Positions 63,680 to 64,000 of a stretch of DNA of 64,000 nt are shown here, piece after piece (within the stretch, counting starts at the first letter, position 1; every line of letters begins with the position of its first letter). The stretch spans positions 93,929,814 through 93,993,813 of the forward strand of contig JASCQW010000081.1 in NCBI GenBank assembly GCA_030264375.1, given 5' to 3'. This stretch comes from Carcharhinus longimanus. Lineage: Eukaryota. A model generated the notes under the pieces. That model was not told the DNA's origin, made no database searches, and saw only the letters and a program-made list of their open reading frames with translations. The position numbers and the translations under genes are program-made.

Positions 63680-64000
63680 GTAGAAGCGTAGAATCGAAGA
63701 ATCTTACAGATACAGTGCCGACGAGGTCCTTTGGCCCATTGATTCAGTTTCGGCACATAAAAAAAAACACCGGTCTTCCCACCTAATCCCATTTATCAAT
63801 ACTTGGCACTTAGCCTTGATCAATAAGATGTGTCAAGTGTTCATCCAGTAATTTTTTAAGGGCATGCTGCAATCGCCTCATGAACCCTCGAATAATTCAC
63901 TCCAGAACGTCGCAACCCTGTGGGGAAAAATATCCTCACATCCCCCAAAGAGTTCTTCTCCGCACCTTGAACATATATCACGATATGCTACTTCAGTTGT
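63680..64000 (-). mobile_element. Decayed CR1 3' fragment (runs off the window end)
   Basis: tagaatcgaagaatcttacag...tttggccca...acctaatcccat...cttggcacttagccttga...caagtgttcatcca. Confidence 0.75.

Overview
Vertebrate genomic DNA, very probably from an elasmobranch (shark) draft scaffold. The evidence is HE1/V-SINE-type SINEs, many CR1 3' fragments, Rex1/Babar, RTE and L2 relics, and many N gaps. No intact, recognisable protein-coding gene, RNA gene or CRISPR array is supportable. The longest ORFs in the track are N-gap or poly-C artefacts or decayed retrotransposon ORFs. The window is intronic or intergenic sequence layered with nested, decayed retroelements. Points worth following up: (1) a low-confidence chain of short, frame-preserving, phase-1 minus-strand exon candidates (24, 27 and 36 nt) that splice into a coiled-coil-like peptide, reminiscent of the heptad exons of butyrophilin/BG/TRIM genes; (2) weak CpG depletion across tens of kb; (3) a three-level retrotransposon nest at 12-17 kb; (4) SINE/LINE tail sharing and apparent tail swapping; (5) a ~94-bp-arm inverted repeat and an inverted CR1 pair; (6) promoter- or enhancer-like motif clusters near 8.7, 23.9 and 61.2 kb. 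Repeat boundaries are approximate, and family names come from recognising motifs, not from a database search. I did not find convincing evidence of a novel biological system.
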